A stretch of 62,522 nucleotides of DNA, the filler included, from Chiloscyllium plagiosum (lineage: Eukaryota): the NCBI RefSeq assembly GCF_004010195.1. It is 3 parts of one record of this genome, joined end to end, with 100 filler letters (N's around TTAATTAATTAA, not from the genome) between each part and the next. Parts side by side here need not be neighbours in the genome. Positions count along the whole stretch, not along the records: positions 1 to 23,484 come from NC_057716.1; 2 more parts are not named here. The stretch is one strand, 5' to 3'. The notes under the pieces were generated by a model. The model was not told the origin of the DNA and did no database searches. It worked only from the letters and a program-made list of their open reading frames with translations. Below are positions 1 through 12,060 of this stretch, piece by piece (positions within the stretch are counted from its first letter, which is position 1; every line of letters starts with the position of its first letter). Position numbers and translations under genes: made by a program.

Positions 1-166
1 CCTGCTGCGCTTTTCCAGCAACACATTTTCAGCTCTGATCTCCAGCATCTGCAGTCCTCACTTTCTCCTCCTTAACAACAATCTAGGCTTGTTCAATAGA
101 TCATTTCAGTTGCATGACTCTAACCTTTAGCTATAAATTCTGTGTCTTATGATCCTGCTCCACAAC

Positions 167-201
167 CACCTGATGTAGGAGCAATGCTCCGAAAGCTAGT
201 G
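167..201 (+). ncRNA. Hammerhead motif, AGCU family, with an A9>U core mutation (sister copies at 56531-56565 on + and 20643-20668 on -)
   Basis: cac-CTGATGT-a-GGAGC-aat-GCTCC-GAAAG-CTA-gtg. Confidence 0.6.
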
Positions 202-321
202 CTTCCAAACCTGTTGGACTATAACCTGGTGTTGTGTGATTTTTAACTTTGATCACCCCAGTCCAACACCAGCATCTCCATGTCATAGCAATGTGTCCTG
301 GCTGACTCAGGAAGGCCTTGT

Positions 322-621
322 TTAGATTAGATTACTTACAGCATGGAAACAGGCCCTTCGGCCCAGCAAGTCCACACCGACCCGCCGAAGCGTAACCCAC
401 CCAGACCCATTCCCCTACACCTAACACTACGGGCAATTTAGCGTGGCCAATTCACCTAACCTGCACATCTTTGGACTGTGGGAGGAAACCGGAGCACCCG
501 GAGGAAACCCAGGCAGACACGGGGAGAATGTGCAAACTGCACACAGTCAGTCGACTGAGGCAGGAATTGAACCCGGGTCTCTGGCGCTGTGAGGCAGCAG
601 TGCTAACCACTGTGCCACCGT
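322..621 (-). mobile_element. HE1-type tRNA-derived SINE (V-SINE)
   Basis: Reverse complement of ggtggcacagtggttagcactgctgcctcacagcgcc... with a (ctaat)n tail and pol III A/B boxes. Confidence 0.9.
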
Positions 622-941
622 GTTGCTCTGGGAATGCGGCTTTTACCTGCATGTTGTAGCCTAGAGCTACACACACTGTGGTATCCCCATGTCTTACTAT
701 CAAACCCTATCCCTCACCTTCACCTGTCATTAATGAGTTTTGGAAGGATTTCGCTTCTGATGAACACACCTTCCTTTCCGATCAATTTCTGGAGTGTAGC
801 TTGAACCTAGAGCCTGTGAGACAAAGATAGGGACACTACCCAATGTGCCTTGTGACCTCCGATGCAGAAAGAGTGATATTGGAGGCTGAATTGGCCGTGT
901 TCATGGGTAAGACAAAAACATCTCTCTGCTTTTCCTGCCAG

Positions 942-983
942 GTCATCAGTGAATCATCACAGCACCAACAGGAGATTGCTTAG
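942..983 (+). CDS. des: Desmin, terminal coding exon (VISESSQHQQEIA*)
   Basis: Strong acceptor tctctctgcttttcctgccag, then 14 codons ending in TAG. The peptide matches the type III intermediate filament tail (human desmin VVSEATQQQHEVL*, same 42-nt coding length). DNPEP and SLC4A3 exons in the same scaffold favour desmin over vimentin, GFAP or peripherin. Confidence 0.85.
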   Translation, partial: VISESSQHQQEIA

Positions 984-3263
984 GACTTCGGGGGGAGACA
1001 GGTAGAGAGCAACGGCCTAGCCCTTGACCTGACAGTGAGATTCGGTCAGCTCTCCCTCTGCTCTACAACTGCCTAGTGACCGGATTAACTGAGACAACAT
1101 GTGCACCAGGAACAAAGTGCCTTCGGAACCCAGCAACCAGGAGATTCCATGCAAAGAATCTGAAGGAGGAAGACAGCAGGATCTCCAAAGAGAGCTTGCA
1201 TCCTCTTGGGATTGCCCCTTTGCACCATTACAGACGTACTGTCTCATTATTTGGGATTGTTTTTGGCATGTGTTACTCTCTCACTGTGTGCTACTTTACA
1301 CATAGAATCAGAATGTGCACGTGGATAGATTAGCAAATGTAACCTCCATATTCAAGTCCAAGTTATTGCTGTTTCTCATCTGTATGGTGGGACCTGGGAG
1401 TGATTGTGTGCAAATGACAAATCAATCATCCAGGGTATAGAGGCAACACCGTTCTCCAAATGGCGTAGGAATCCAGAGGCTGACTCTAATCCCCTGGAAG
1501 GCATGAGTTCAAATTCCATTTGAAACCTTGAATTAAATTGAATGAATGAATTAATGGGAACAGCTTGTCTCAGCAATTGTACTATGAAGGTCTCATTGAT
1601 GGCATTAAAAACGCATTTTAATTCACTGATGTCCTTTCTGGAAAGCTAATTTGCTGAGTTCAAATAAAAACCGAAAGAGCTGCGGATGCTGTAAATCAGA
1701 AACAAAACCAGAAATAGCTGGAACGGGCTTGTCAGCATCCGTGGAGAGAAATCAGTTTAACGTTTCGGGTCGAGGGACTCAGACCTCCTGCAGAGTTACA
1801 CTTGTTTACCCACTCTCCTAACCTGTCTCTATCCCTGTGCAGACTCTCTACCTCCCCCTGACAACTCACCTTCCTCTCTATCTTGGTGTAACTGGCAAAT
1901 TAAGCTTCAGGCTTCAATGGCTTCATCGACGTCATTGATATCGACAAAGTAATGGGACCCAAATGCTGACCTCTGGGCCATTGCTGTGTTGATATGTCCA
2001 TCCCCCGCACCATCGACACCCACCAGCAGTAATCTTTCAAAGTGGCATTTCCTCACATGTTTGAATTTGCTTCCTCTGCTGTTTCTGGCGACACATTCCA
2101 AACTGTACAATTCATCACGTGGGGGGACAGAGAAACCTCAAATGAAATGTAGAACTGCTGAAGTAAACCAAATAGTTGGAGAAACTCAGTGTCTATGAAG
2201 AGGGAAACATTTCGGATGTGGTGCCCCTTTTTCAGAACTCTTTCGGTTTTCGGTTCTGAAGAGCAGTCACGTGGGAATCCAAATGCTAACTGTGTGTTTC
2301 TCTCAGCACAGACACTGCCAGACCTGCTGAGTTTCTCCAGTGTTTTCTGTGTTTGTTTCAGATTTCCAGTACCTGCTGTACTATGGTTTTATTCAGGGCT
2401 GACACGCCTTGGGACACACCATTAGGATTAGACCATTCAGTCCGTTAAATGCGTCCTGCAAATCAGCGAAAACCATGGCTGACCTTTCACCTCATCGCCA
2501 CTTTCCCACGTCCCTGAGCCCAAAACTCTTCTGCCCTTTATCTCAAAAGATGCTCAGTTGTGGTGGACACAGCTTCTCTGAGGCAGAGAATTATAAATTA
2601 TTCCGAAATCTACCATTCTTATCTGGTGTGGCCTACATGTGACTCCAGACCCAATGGGATTATAGAGTCATAGAGTCACAGAGATGTACAGCATGGAAAC
2701 AGGCCCTTCAGTCCAACCCATCCATGCCGACCAGATATCCAAACCCAATCTAGTCCCACCTGCCAGCACCCGGCCCATATCCCTCCAAACCCTTCCTATT
2801 CATATACCCATCCATTCTTACGTGGCCTCAGATGGTGTTGGGTAATAAATATTGCCCTGGCTAGCAGTGCCCACATTCTAGGAATGAATTTTTAAAAAAA
2901 ATTCCTAACAGCTGTCAAACAAAACAACTACAGGAGGCAATGTTTCTAGTTTGAACTGGGTTGAATTATTGAGGAAGGGTTGGGAGTTCCTGGGATTGAT
3001 GGAAGTGCAGTTCAGATCTTTACCAGGAGAGGGAGACAATACCCAGCAAACTGATGATGGGACCAACTTGAGTCTGGGAGACAGAATGAAGGGAACTCCC
3101 AAGGCTCGTGGTTCATGAACAAGATGAACGTCTCCTGCTGTCCAGCTCAACACCATTCCCACAACACAATCCTACAGGATGGGCACAGCAGCAAAGTGGG
3201 TGGGCCTGACTTTTGCCTCTGGTTCAGTAACGCTGGTTAGGGAAGACCCCCTCACTTGGTAAG

Positions 3264-4330
3264 ACCCATACGAAATTGGAACAGGTGTAGGCCATTCAGC
3301 CCCTTGAGCCTGCTCCCCCCCTTCAATAGGATCCCGGCTGATCCAACATTCCTCACGCCCACTTTCCTGTCCTTTCCCAGCAACCCCCGATTCCCTGACT
3401 GATCAAGAATCTCTCTCAGCCTTAAATATACACAAGGACTCTGCCCCCACAGCACCCTGAGGCAAGGGACTCCAAAGACTCTCACCCCCCCCCGAGCGAA
3501 GGCATCCCTAGTCATCTCAGTCTTAAATTGATGCCTCTTTATTCAGAGACTGTGCCCTCTGGTCCTAGACTCTCCCATGACGGGGAACATCCTCTCAGCA
3601 TTGAGCCTGTCAAGCCCCTGAAGTATCTGATATGTTTTAGAACATAGAACATAGAACATTACAGCGCAGTACAGGCCCTTCGGCCCTCGATGTTGCGCCG
3701 CCCTGTCATACCAATCTGAAACCCATCCCACCGACACTATTCCATGTACATCCATATGTTTGTCCAATGACGACTTAAATGCACTTAAAGTTGGCGAATC
3801 TACTACCGTTGCATTCAAAGCATCCCATACCCTTACTACTCTCTGAGTAAAGAAACTACCTCTGACATCTGTCTTATACCCATCTCCCCTCACTTTAAAG
3901 TTGTGTCCCCTCGTGTTTGCCACCCCCATACTTGGAAGAAGGCTCTCTCTGTCCACCCTATCTATGTTCTATGGAAGTCTATAACATTATGAGAGGCATG
4001 GACAGGGTGGATAGTTGGAGCCTTTTCCCCAGGGCAGAAATGTCAAATACGAGGGGGCAAAGGTTTAAAGTCAGAGGGGAAAGTTTAAGGGAGATATGTG
4101 AGGCAGGGTGTTTTACCCAGAGGGTGGTAGGTTCCTGGAATGCAATGCCAGGGAAAGATGGTAGAGGCAGATCCATTTAAGCGGGGTTTAGACAGGCATG
4201 TGAACAGGCAGAGGATATAGGGATTGGGACTATGGTCAGGCAGATGGGAATCAGAATGGAATCATGGTCGGCACAGACATGGTGGGCCAAATGGCCTGTT
4301 CCAGTGCTGTTGGGTTCAACGTTCTGTGTT
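3264..4330. mobile_element. Cluster of CR1/HER1 3' fragments (3264-3965 on -, 3975-4330 on +)
   Basis: TRGH-FKVRG and FFTQRVV-WN motifs plus CR1 3' tails. Confidence 0.85.
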
Positions 4331-4749
4331 TCATTCTGCAAGGTCCGGCCTACATGTGACTCCAGACACACAGCAATGTGATTGACCCTTAATTAAAGGT
4401 TGGGCAATAAATGCCGGCAGCAATGCTGTCGTCCCGTGAATGAATTTTTAAAATGATCGTGTAAGAAAGAGGTGCGAGAGCAGGCCATTCAGCCCCCAGA
4501 ACCTGCTGCTCCATTCGATAAGGTCGTGGCTGACCTTAACTCCTCTTTCTGGCATTACCTTTGACCTGTCTACCTCAGCTCAATCTTGGAACAGCGCAGC
4601 AGGTCAGACAGGAGCAGGAAAGTCAACGTTTCACTCCAAAACCTTTTGTCCTGACTCTCCTGCTCCTCAGATGCTGTCTGACCGGCTGTGCTTTTCCAGC
4701 GCCACACTTTTCGACTCCCCTGAATATTAGCTGAGTCACTGGATTAATA

Positions 4750-5254
4750 GGGCGGCACGGTGGCACAGTGATTAGCACTGCTGCCTCACAGCACCAAGGA
4801 CCCGGGTTCAATTCCCGCCTCGGGCAAGGAAGGACCTCCTGGAATTAATGCATTCGGACGATCGGGACAGTCCAGAAAGTTCAAGAAGGCCAGGAGCTTC
4901 AGGAACATCAGAAACCAATCGTGCCTGCAATCCCTTGAGCCTACGGTGGCACGGTGGTTAGCACTGCTGCCTCACAGCGCCAGAGACCCGGATTCAATTC
5001 CCGCCTCAAGGGACTGTCTGTGTGGAGTTTGCACATTCTCCCTGTGTCTGCGTGGGTTACCTCCGAGTGCTCCGGTTTCCTCCCTCAGTCCAAAGATGTG
5101 CAGGTTAGGTGAATTGGCCATGCTAAATTGCCCATAGTGTTAGGTGAAGGGGTAAATGTAGGGGAATGGGTCTGGGTGGGTTGCTCTTCGGAGGGTCGGT
5201 GTGGACTTGTTGGGCCGAAGGGTCTGTTTTCACACTGTAGGAAATCTAATCTAA
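4750..5254 (+). mobile_element. HE1-type SINE: 5' fragment (4750-4827), foreign insert, then near-complete copy (4943-5254)
   Basis: The SINE head occurs twice and there is one tail (atctaatctaat). Confidence 0.85.
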
Positions 5255-5959
5255 TAGTGGAGCGATAAAACCACGTGGTCATTGCTCTGGATGGTCCTAC
5301 GCTGTGATTCCGATGGAAGACAGCTGTGTTTCTGAAGAGACCATGTTCAGTCAATTTAGTCCAAAATGCAGTACTCCATCACTGAGTAAATGGAGGCAGT
5401 TCAACAGTGATTGCCTCTCCTTGTACCATAATCACAGTTGTGACAAGATTCATAAGACAAAGGAGCAGAACTTAGGCCCATCCAGTCTGCTCCACCATTC
5501 AATCATGGCCGATACGTTTCTCAACCCCTTTCTCCCCCTTTCTCCCTGTAACCCTTGATCCCCTTTATCTACCTCCATCTTAAATATACCCAATGACCTC
5601 ATGACGATGATTAGCTGGGTCGATCAGTGTCCCCAGGACTGTACCACCCCATAATAGACAAGGAACATGTTTGGGGAGGATTATGCACAGGTTTACCTCT
5701 GCTCACTCACAGTTTAGACAGCTTTATGTTCTGTCCACAATTTAGGAAACTTGGGAAAGACATTGACTGGAAGATTTGGACCTAATAATATCACAATATT
5801 TTGAAAGCAGAGCTTGGAAGCACAGATTCAAACTGGTGACACTGAGGCTCCTTGAAACACAAAATTGCTGCAATATGGAAGAAGGCCATTCGACCCCATC
5901 CTGTCCCCCTCGGCGGAAACGTCGATTCTCCTGCTCCTCAGGTGCTGCCTAACCTGCTG

Positions 5960-6524
5960 TGCCTTTCCAGCACCACAATTTTTCGGCTTCGTCTCCAGCT
6001 CAGTCTTTGTGGATCAGCGTGGACCTACCAGTCTGAGTGGGTCTTGGAACTGACAGATTGGGCAAGTGAGTGGCTGGGGAGGGGAGGGGAGGGGAGGTGG
6101 GTGCCTGTGCTAAATGTCATTACATCCTCAAATACACAGCATAACACTAATTCCCCCTCACTGGGGTAGGGCTCGGGAAATTCTCGGAGCTGTTACAAAC
6201 ACCGAGGATTTTATAAACGTGCACAGAGTTCCCCAGTGACCCTGCCTTTCCAGCACCCCGTTTTTCGGCTCCGTCTCCAACTCAGTCTTTGTGGATCAGC
6301 GTGGACCTACCAGTCTGAGCGGGTCTTGGAACTGACAGATTGGGCAAGTGAGCGGCTGGGGAGGGGAGGGGAGGGGAGGTGGGTGCCTGTGCTAAATGTC
6401 ATTACATCCTCAAATACACAGCATAACACTAATTCCCCCTCACTGGGGTAGGGCTCGGGAAATTCTCGGAGCTGTTACAAACACCGAGGATTTTATAAAC
6501 GTGCACAGAGTTCCCCAGTGACCC
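5960..6524 (+). repeat. Tandem duplication of ~282 bp (5960-6242 and 6243-6524)
   Basis: Two near-identical copies; both give the ORF text FRLRLQLSLCGSAWTYQSE. Confidence 0.95.
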
Positions 6525-7529
6525 ATCTCTTTGATCAAGAGAACATGAATCCGTACTGAGCTAGAATAACCATGTGTTACCAATAAATAGAATCCAACTG
6601 GGGATAAACAATTAAGAACCATCAGTGTAGATTTTCAGGGAGAGGTGGGCGCCGCAGGGAGTGGAGTGTATTATTTCCCCCTCCAATTCAATTTTGATTT
6701 AACCTCTGCCCTCCCCTTCACTGTTTGATCACACAGCATTGCCCTCCGAGAAGGGCGCTGCTTGTCACTGGCCACTCGGCCCCTTCTTCCTGGTGGTGGA
6801 ACATCAATAAAGATTTACACATTTTTTGTCCTTCACTGTGTCCAACACCTGCACATAAAAATAAATCAGTATATAACTGAACTCTAACTCCTGTATTAAA
6901 CTCCACATACTTACAGACAGACACAGAATAAAATAGGTGGGTGATGTGGACGGAGGGAAAGACGGGGAAGGGTGTTCATTGGTCACTGTCCACAGGGTTT
7001 ACTGAGACAGCTCCTTTTGGCTTGTCCTGATCTCCCACCTCCAGGTCCTCGCATGAGGCACAAAGTGACTGGTCCCCAACTTGAGAATCTCGGACTTATT
7101 GATTAACCGATGAGGGAAAGGTATCCTGCCTTCCTCCAGGGTGATTTTACTGCAGAGGAATAGACAGCCCTTCCCTTTGCAGAGATCTGACCAAGTACTC
7201 ACTCCCCTCCCCTACCCCTACCACCACCACCCCCTCCAAACAGGTCAGCTAGCTGAGAACCAATCAAATTACTGTTGGCGGGCAGAATGCCATTGTCATC
7301 GGCAACTGGTCACCATTCCACAGACCAATCAGTTACTTGTTACTGGCCGAATCGTCCATTGTACATAGCCCCTGGTTCATCTGTAGTTACCTCCTCACGC
7401 TGCTCACACCAGCAGCTGTGTAAATAACACTTACAATGAGCGTCAGGTCTCTAGTTTTTATAAAGTGCAGGAATCGATCAACAATTCTTAGCTTTTGAAA
7501 CATTTCTTTACCCTTTTCAGTCTGGACTA

Positions 7530-8665
7530 CAGGAAAGAAATGTTTTATCCTCAAGTACTTTCTGTGACAGAGAATTCCCGAGGCTCCCCACTCTCTGGGG
7601 GAAGATATTTCTCCTCAGCTCAGTCCCAAATGGTCTACTCTGTACTTTTAGACTGTGACCCCCTGGTTCTGAACTCTCTGATCACCGGGAACATCCTTCC
7701 TGGGTTTATCCTGTTAGAATGTTGTAGGTTTCTATGAAAAACCCTTCATTTGTCTAAACCCCAGTGAGTTTGAACCGAAATGATTCAGTCTCTGCTCAAT
7801 CGTCAGTCCTTCTATTATCATGTCATAGAGTCCTCCAGCATTGAACAGGCCCTTCGGCCCGCCATGTCTATGCTAACCAGTAAACACTAAGCTACATTAA
7901 TCCCATTTACCTGCACTCAGTCTATAGACTACCATGTCCTGGCATTTTAAGTATTTATCCAGGTATTTCTCAAAAGTTGTAAGAGTATCTGTTTCCACCA
8001 CCCTCTCAGGCAGCACGTTCCACATGTCTGTCACACTCTGGCTGATAAAAGTTCTCTTTACTCAGACCCCTTGTCTACTCCTCACCTCACACCTATGCCC
8101 CTTTGGCCTCAGACACATCTGACATGGGGCAAAGATTCTCACGATCTCCCCTGTCTATGCCTCTCGATTTTGTATACCTCAATAAGATCACCCCTCCAGC
8201 CTCCTCTGCTCCAGGGAAAACAAACCCAGCCTATCCAGTTTCTCCTCATAACTGAGACTTTCCATCCCCAGGCAACATCCTGGTTAACCTCTTCTCCAGT
8301 GCAATCACATCTTTCCGATAGCGCGGTGGCCAGAAATGCACACAGTATTCCGTCGGTGGTCCCAACAACGTCCCATAAAATTGCAGCAGGATTTCCTTGC
8401 TCCAATATTCTATGCCCTGTCTAATGAAGTCAAGGATGCCTTATGCCTTGCTCACCACCCAGTCTACCTGTCATGACACCTTTAGGGATGTATAGACTTG
8501 TCCATCAATGTACCTTTACTCCTCAGTACTCCCTCCCTAGGGACCTAACATTCATTGTTCCCCCAAAGTGCATCAACTCACTCTTATCAGGATTAAATTC
8601 CATCTGCCGTTGTTCTGCCCAATTTACCAGCTGGTCAATATCAGATGGGTAGCCTGAGACCATCC
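7530..8665 (-). mobile_element. Decayed CR1/HER1 RT and 3' fragments
   Basis: DIDQLVNWAEQRQMEFNPDKSELMHFG and RGDLIEVYKI. Confidence 0.8.
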
Positions 8666-11246
8666 TGCCCCTCCATCCCATGCTATCCCAGGAGCTGTGA
8701 CTGTATGAGGCTGACAATAAAATAGGTTCAGGCAATCGGCCTAAAACTGTCTACTGCTCCTGATTTATGTGCCAGGAATAACAGACAGGAAAACATGCAC
8801 CATTAAAAAAAACTTTCCTTCCATCGTTTAAAGAGGATGTAGCAGCTTTTTCAGTTCACTACTTTTCTCAGAGTTTCTTATTTGCAATGAATATTTTATC
8901 ATTAATTGGCATTTAGGAATGCTGCCATACCTCTCCAGTATTTCTGACACCTACTTTGTAGAATCTTACAGCACGAGGACTTGCAAACAGGATTAGGGAG
9001 AACCCTAAAATATTTTATGCATGCATTAAAGGGAAAAAGGTTAACCAGGGAAAGAGTAGGGGTCATCGGGACCAAGGGGGCACTCTGTGTGTGAAGCTGC
9101 AGGAATTTGGAAGGGTGTTGGATGAATATTTCTGTTCGACCTTCACTCTGGAAAAAGAGAATGTAGGTACTGAATCCAGGAAAGGGGACGGTGAGGAGCT
9201 TGCACAGTTTTCCATAGGGAATGGGGAGTTATTGGAGGCTCTGTCGGGCTTAAAAACAGACAAATCCCCAGGCCCAGATGAGTTGTACCCGAGGCTGCGG
9301 TGGGAGGTGAGGCAGGAAATTGCAGGGGCTCTGACAGAAATGTGTAATTCCTCTCTGGCCCCGGGGGGGGGAGGTGCCAGAGGACTGGAGGATGGCTAAC
9401 ATGGCTCCAATTTTCAAGAAAGGTGGTAGCGATGAACCAGGAAATTACAGATGGTAAGTCACCCATCAGCGGTAGGGAAACCATTGGAGAAAATTCTGAA
9501 GGAGTGAATTTGGAAAGGCATGGGTTAACTAAGGATAGTCAGCATGGCTTTGTCAGAGGGAGGTCATGTCCAACAAATTTTATGAAAGTTTTTTGAAAAG
9601 TGTGTGGGTGAGGGGAGTTCACTTGGTATAGTTTATGTGGATTTTAGCAAATCTTTTGACAAGAGTCCCAAATGGCAGACTGATCGAGAGGATTAAAGCT
9701 CATAGAGTTGAGGGAAACATGGTGAGATGGATCAGAAACTGGCTTAGGAATAGGACACAAAGGGTAGCGGAAGGCTGCTTGAGTGACTGGAGGCCGGTGT
9801 ACGACCACAAGGGTCAGTACTGGGACCTTTATTGTTTATTATATACAGACGCGATATAGATGAAAACGTGTGGGAATGTTAATCAAATTTGTAGATGATG
9901 TCAAGAGTGATTAGTAACGAAGAAGGTGGCTGTAGGTTACAGGAAGATATTGATGGGTTAGTCAGAGGGGCAGAGCAATGGCAGATGGTCTTTAACCTTG
10001 ATCAGTACAAGGTGACACACTTTGGGAGAGGAAACAAGAGATGGGAATATTTAATGAATGGCAGGGCACTGAATCGCTTAGAGAGGGACAGAGAGGATTT
10101 TGGGGGTAATTATTCGCGGATTCCTGGAGTCAGCAGAGCTTGTGAACAGGATTGTTAAGAAGGTGTGTGGGACAAGTGCTTTCATCAGTGTGGCATAGCG
10201 TATAAGAGCTAGGAGGTAATGTTAGAGCTGTACAGAGAGTTTGTCAGACCCCAGCTGCAGTACTGTGTGCAGTTCTAGACACCTCATTGTGATAGCACTG
10301 GAGGGGATACAGAGGAAGTTCACTAGGATGTTGAACTGAATTGAATTGAATTTATTGTCAGGTGTACCGAGGCACAGTGAAAAGCGTTGTCTTGTGAGCA
10401 ATACAGGCAGATCACAGAGTTAAATCACATAGATAGTAAATAATAGGTAAACAGCGGCAAAACAAAAACACAGGTACAGGTGAATGCGAAGAGTTTGAGA
10501 GTCCATTCAGTATTCTAACAACAGTAGGGTAGAAACTGTTTCGAAACCGGCTGGTGCGTGTGTTCAGGCTTCTGTACCTTCTCCCTGATGGTAGAGGTTG
10601 TAGAAAAACATTGCCAGGGTGGGATGGATCTTTGAGAATGCTGGCAGCCTTTCCTTGACAGTTGGCCTGGGAGATGGATTATATGGAACATAGAACATAG
10701 ACAAGTACAGCACAGAACAGGCCCTTTGGCCCACCATGTTGTGCCAAGATTTAATCCTAATGTAAAATATAATAACTTAACCTACACACCCCTCAACTCA
10801 CTGCTATCCATGTGCGTGTCCAGCAGTCACTTAAATGTCCCCAATGACTCTGCTTCCACCACCACCGCTGGCAACGCATTCCATACATTCACAACTCTCT
10901 GCGTAAAGAACCTATCTCTGACGTCTCTTCTATACCTTTCCCCCAATATCTTCAAACTATGACCCCTCATACCCGTCAATCATGTCCTGGGGAAAAATCT
11001 CTGGCTATTGACTCTATCTATTCCTCTCATTTTCTTATACACCTCGATCAGGTCTCCCCTCCTCCTCCTTCTCTCCAGAGAGAAAAGTCCGAGCTTATTC
11101 AACCTTTCTTCATAAGGCAAGCCCTCCGGTCCAGGCAGCATCCTGGTAAACCTTTGTTGCACCCTCTCCAAAGCCTCTGTTTCTTTCCTTTGGTAGGGCG
11201 ACCAGAACTGGACACAATATTCCAAGTGTGGTCTCACCAGGGACTT

Positions 11247-11693
11247 NNNNNNNNNNNNNNNNNNNNNNNNNNNNNNNNNNNNNNNNNNNNNNNNNNNNNN
11301 NNNNNNNNNNNNNNNNNNNNNNNNNNNNNNNNNNNNNNNNNNNNNNNNNNNNNNNNNNNNNNNNNNNNNNNNNNNNNNNNNNNNNNNNNNNNNNNNNNNN
11401 NNNNNNNNNNNNNNNNNNNNNNNNNNNNNNNNNNNNNNNNNNNNNNNNNNNNNNNNNNNNNNNNNNNNNNNNNNNNNNNNNNNNNNNNNNNNNNNNNNNN
11501 NNNNNNNNNNNNNNNNNNNNNNNNNNNNNNNNNNNNNNNNNNNNNNNNNNNNNNNNNNNNNNNNNNNNNNNNNNNNNNNNNNNNNNNNNNNNNNNNNNNN
11601 NNNNNNNNNNNNNNNNNNNNNNNNNNNNNNNNNNNNNNNNNNNNNNNNNNNNNNNNNNNNNNNNNNNNNNNNNNNNNNNNNNNNNNNNNNNNN
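11247..11693. other. Assembly gap (other N gaps at 25449-25948, 29325-29676 and 30676-31589)
   Basis: Runs of N. Confidence 1.
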
Positions 11694-11888
11694 TTTCCTC
11701 CCACAATCCAAAAATGTGCAGGTTAGGTGAATTGGCCATGCTAAATTGCCCGTAGTGTTAAATGTAGGGGTAGGGGTATGGGTATGGGTGGGTGCGCTTC
11801 GGCGGGTCGGTGTGGACTGGTTGGGCCGAAGGGCCTGTTTCCACACTGTAAGTAATCTAATCTAATCTAATCTAAGTAATCTAATCTA
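11694..11888 (+). mobile_element. HE1-type SINE, 3' half
   Basis: V-domain and HER1-like tail with (ctaat)n. Confidence 0.85.
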
Positions 11889-12060
11889 AGGTATGTGGGA
11901 CAAGTGCTTTCATCAGTGTGGCATAGCGTATAAGAGCAAGGAGGTAATGTTAGAGCTGTACAGAGAGTTTGTCAGACCCCAGCTGCAGTACTGTGTGCAG
12001 TTCTAGACACCTCATTGTGATAGCACTGGAGGGGATATAGAGGAAGTTCACTAGGATGTT

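Noticed and set aside
4188..4202. Minus-strand HMPV* matching the AE3 C-terminus
   Set aside because: It falls inside a CR1 3' fragment and is a chance match.
4750..4822. tRNA gene
   Set aside because: The A/B boxes belong to the tRNA-derived head of the HE1 SINE, which is repeated throughout the window.
6577..6848. Acceptor-like sites giving LDSIYW* (6597) or VLDTVKDKKCVNLY* (6848) as the slc4a3 last exon
   Set aside because: Only the LD dipeptide matches, the acidic tail is absent, and they are on a different scaffold piece.
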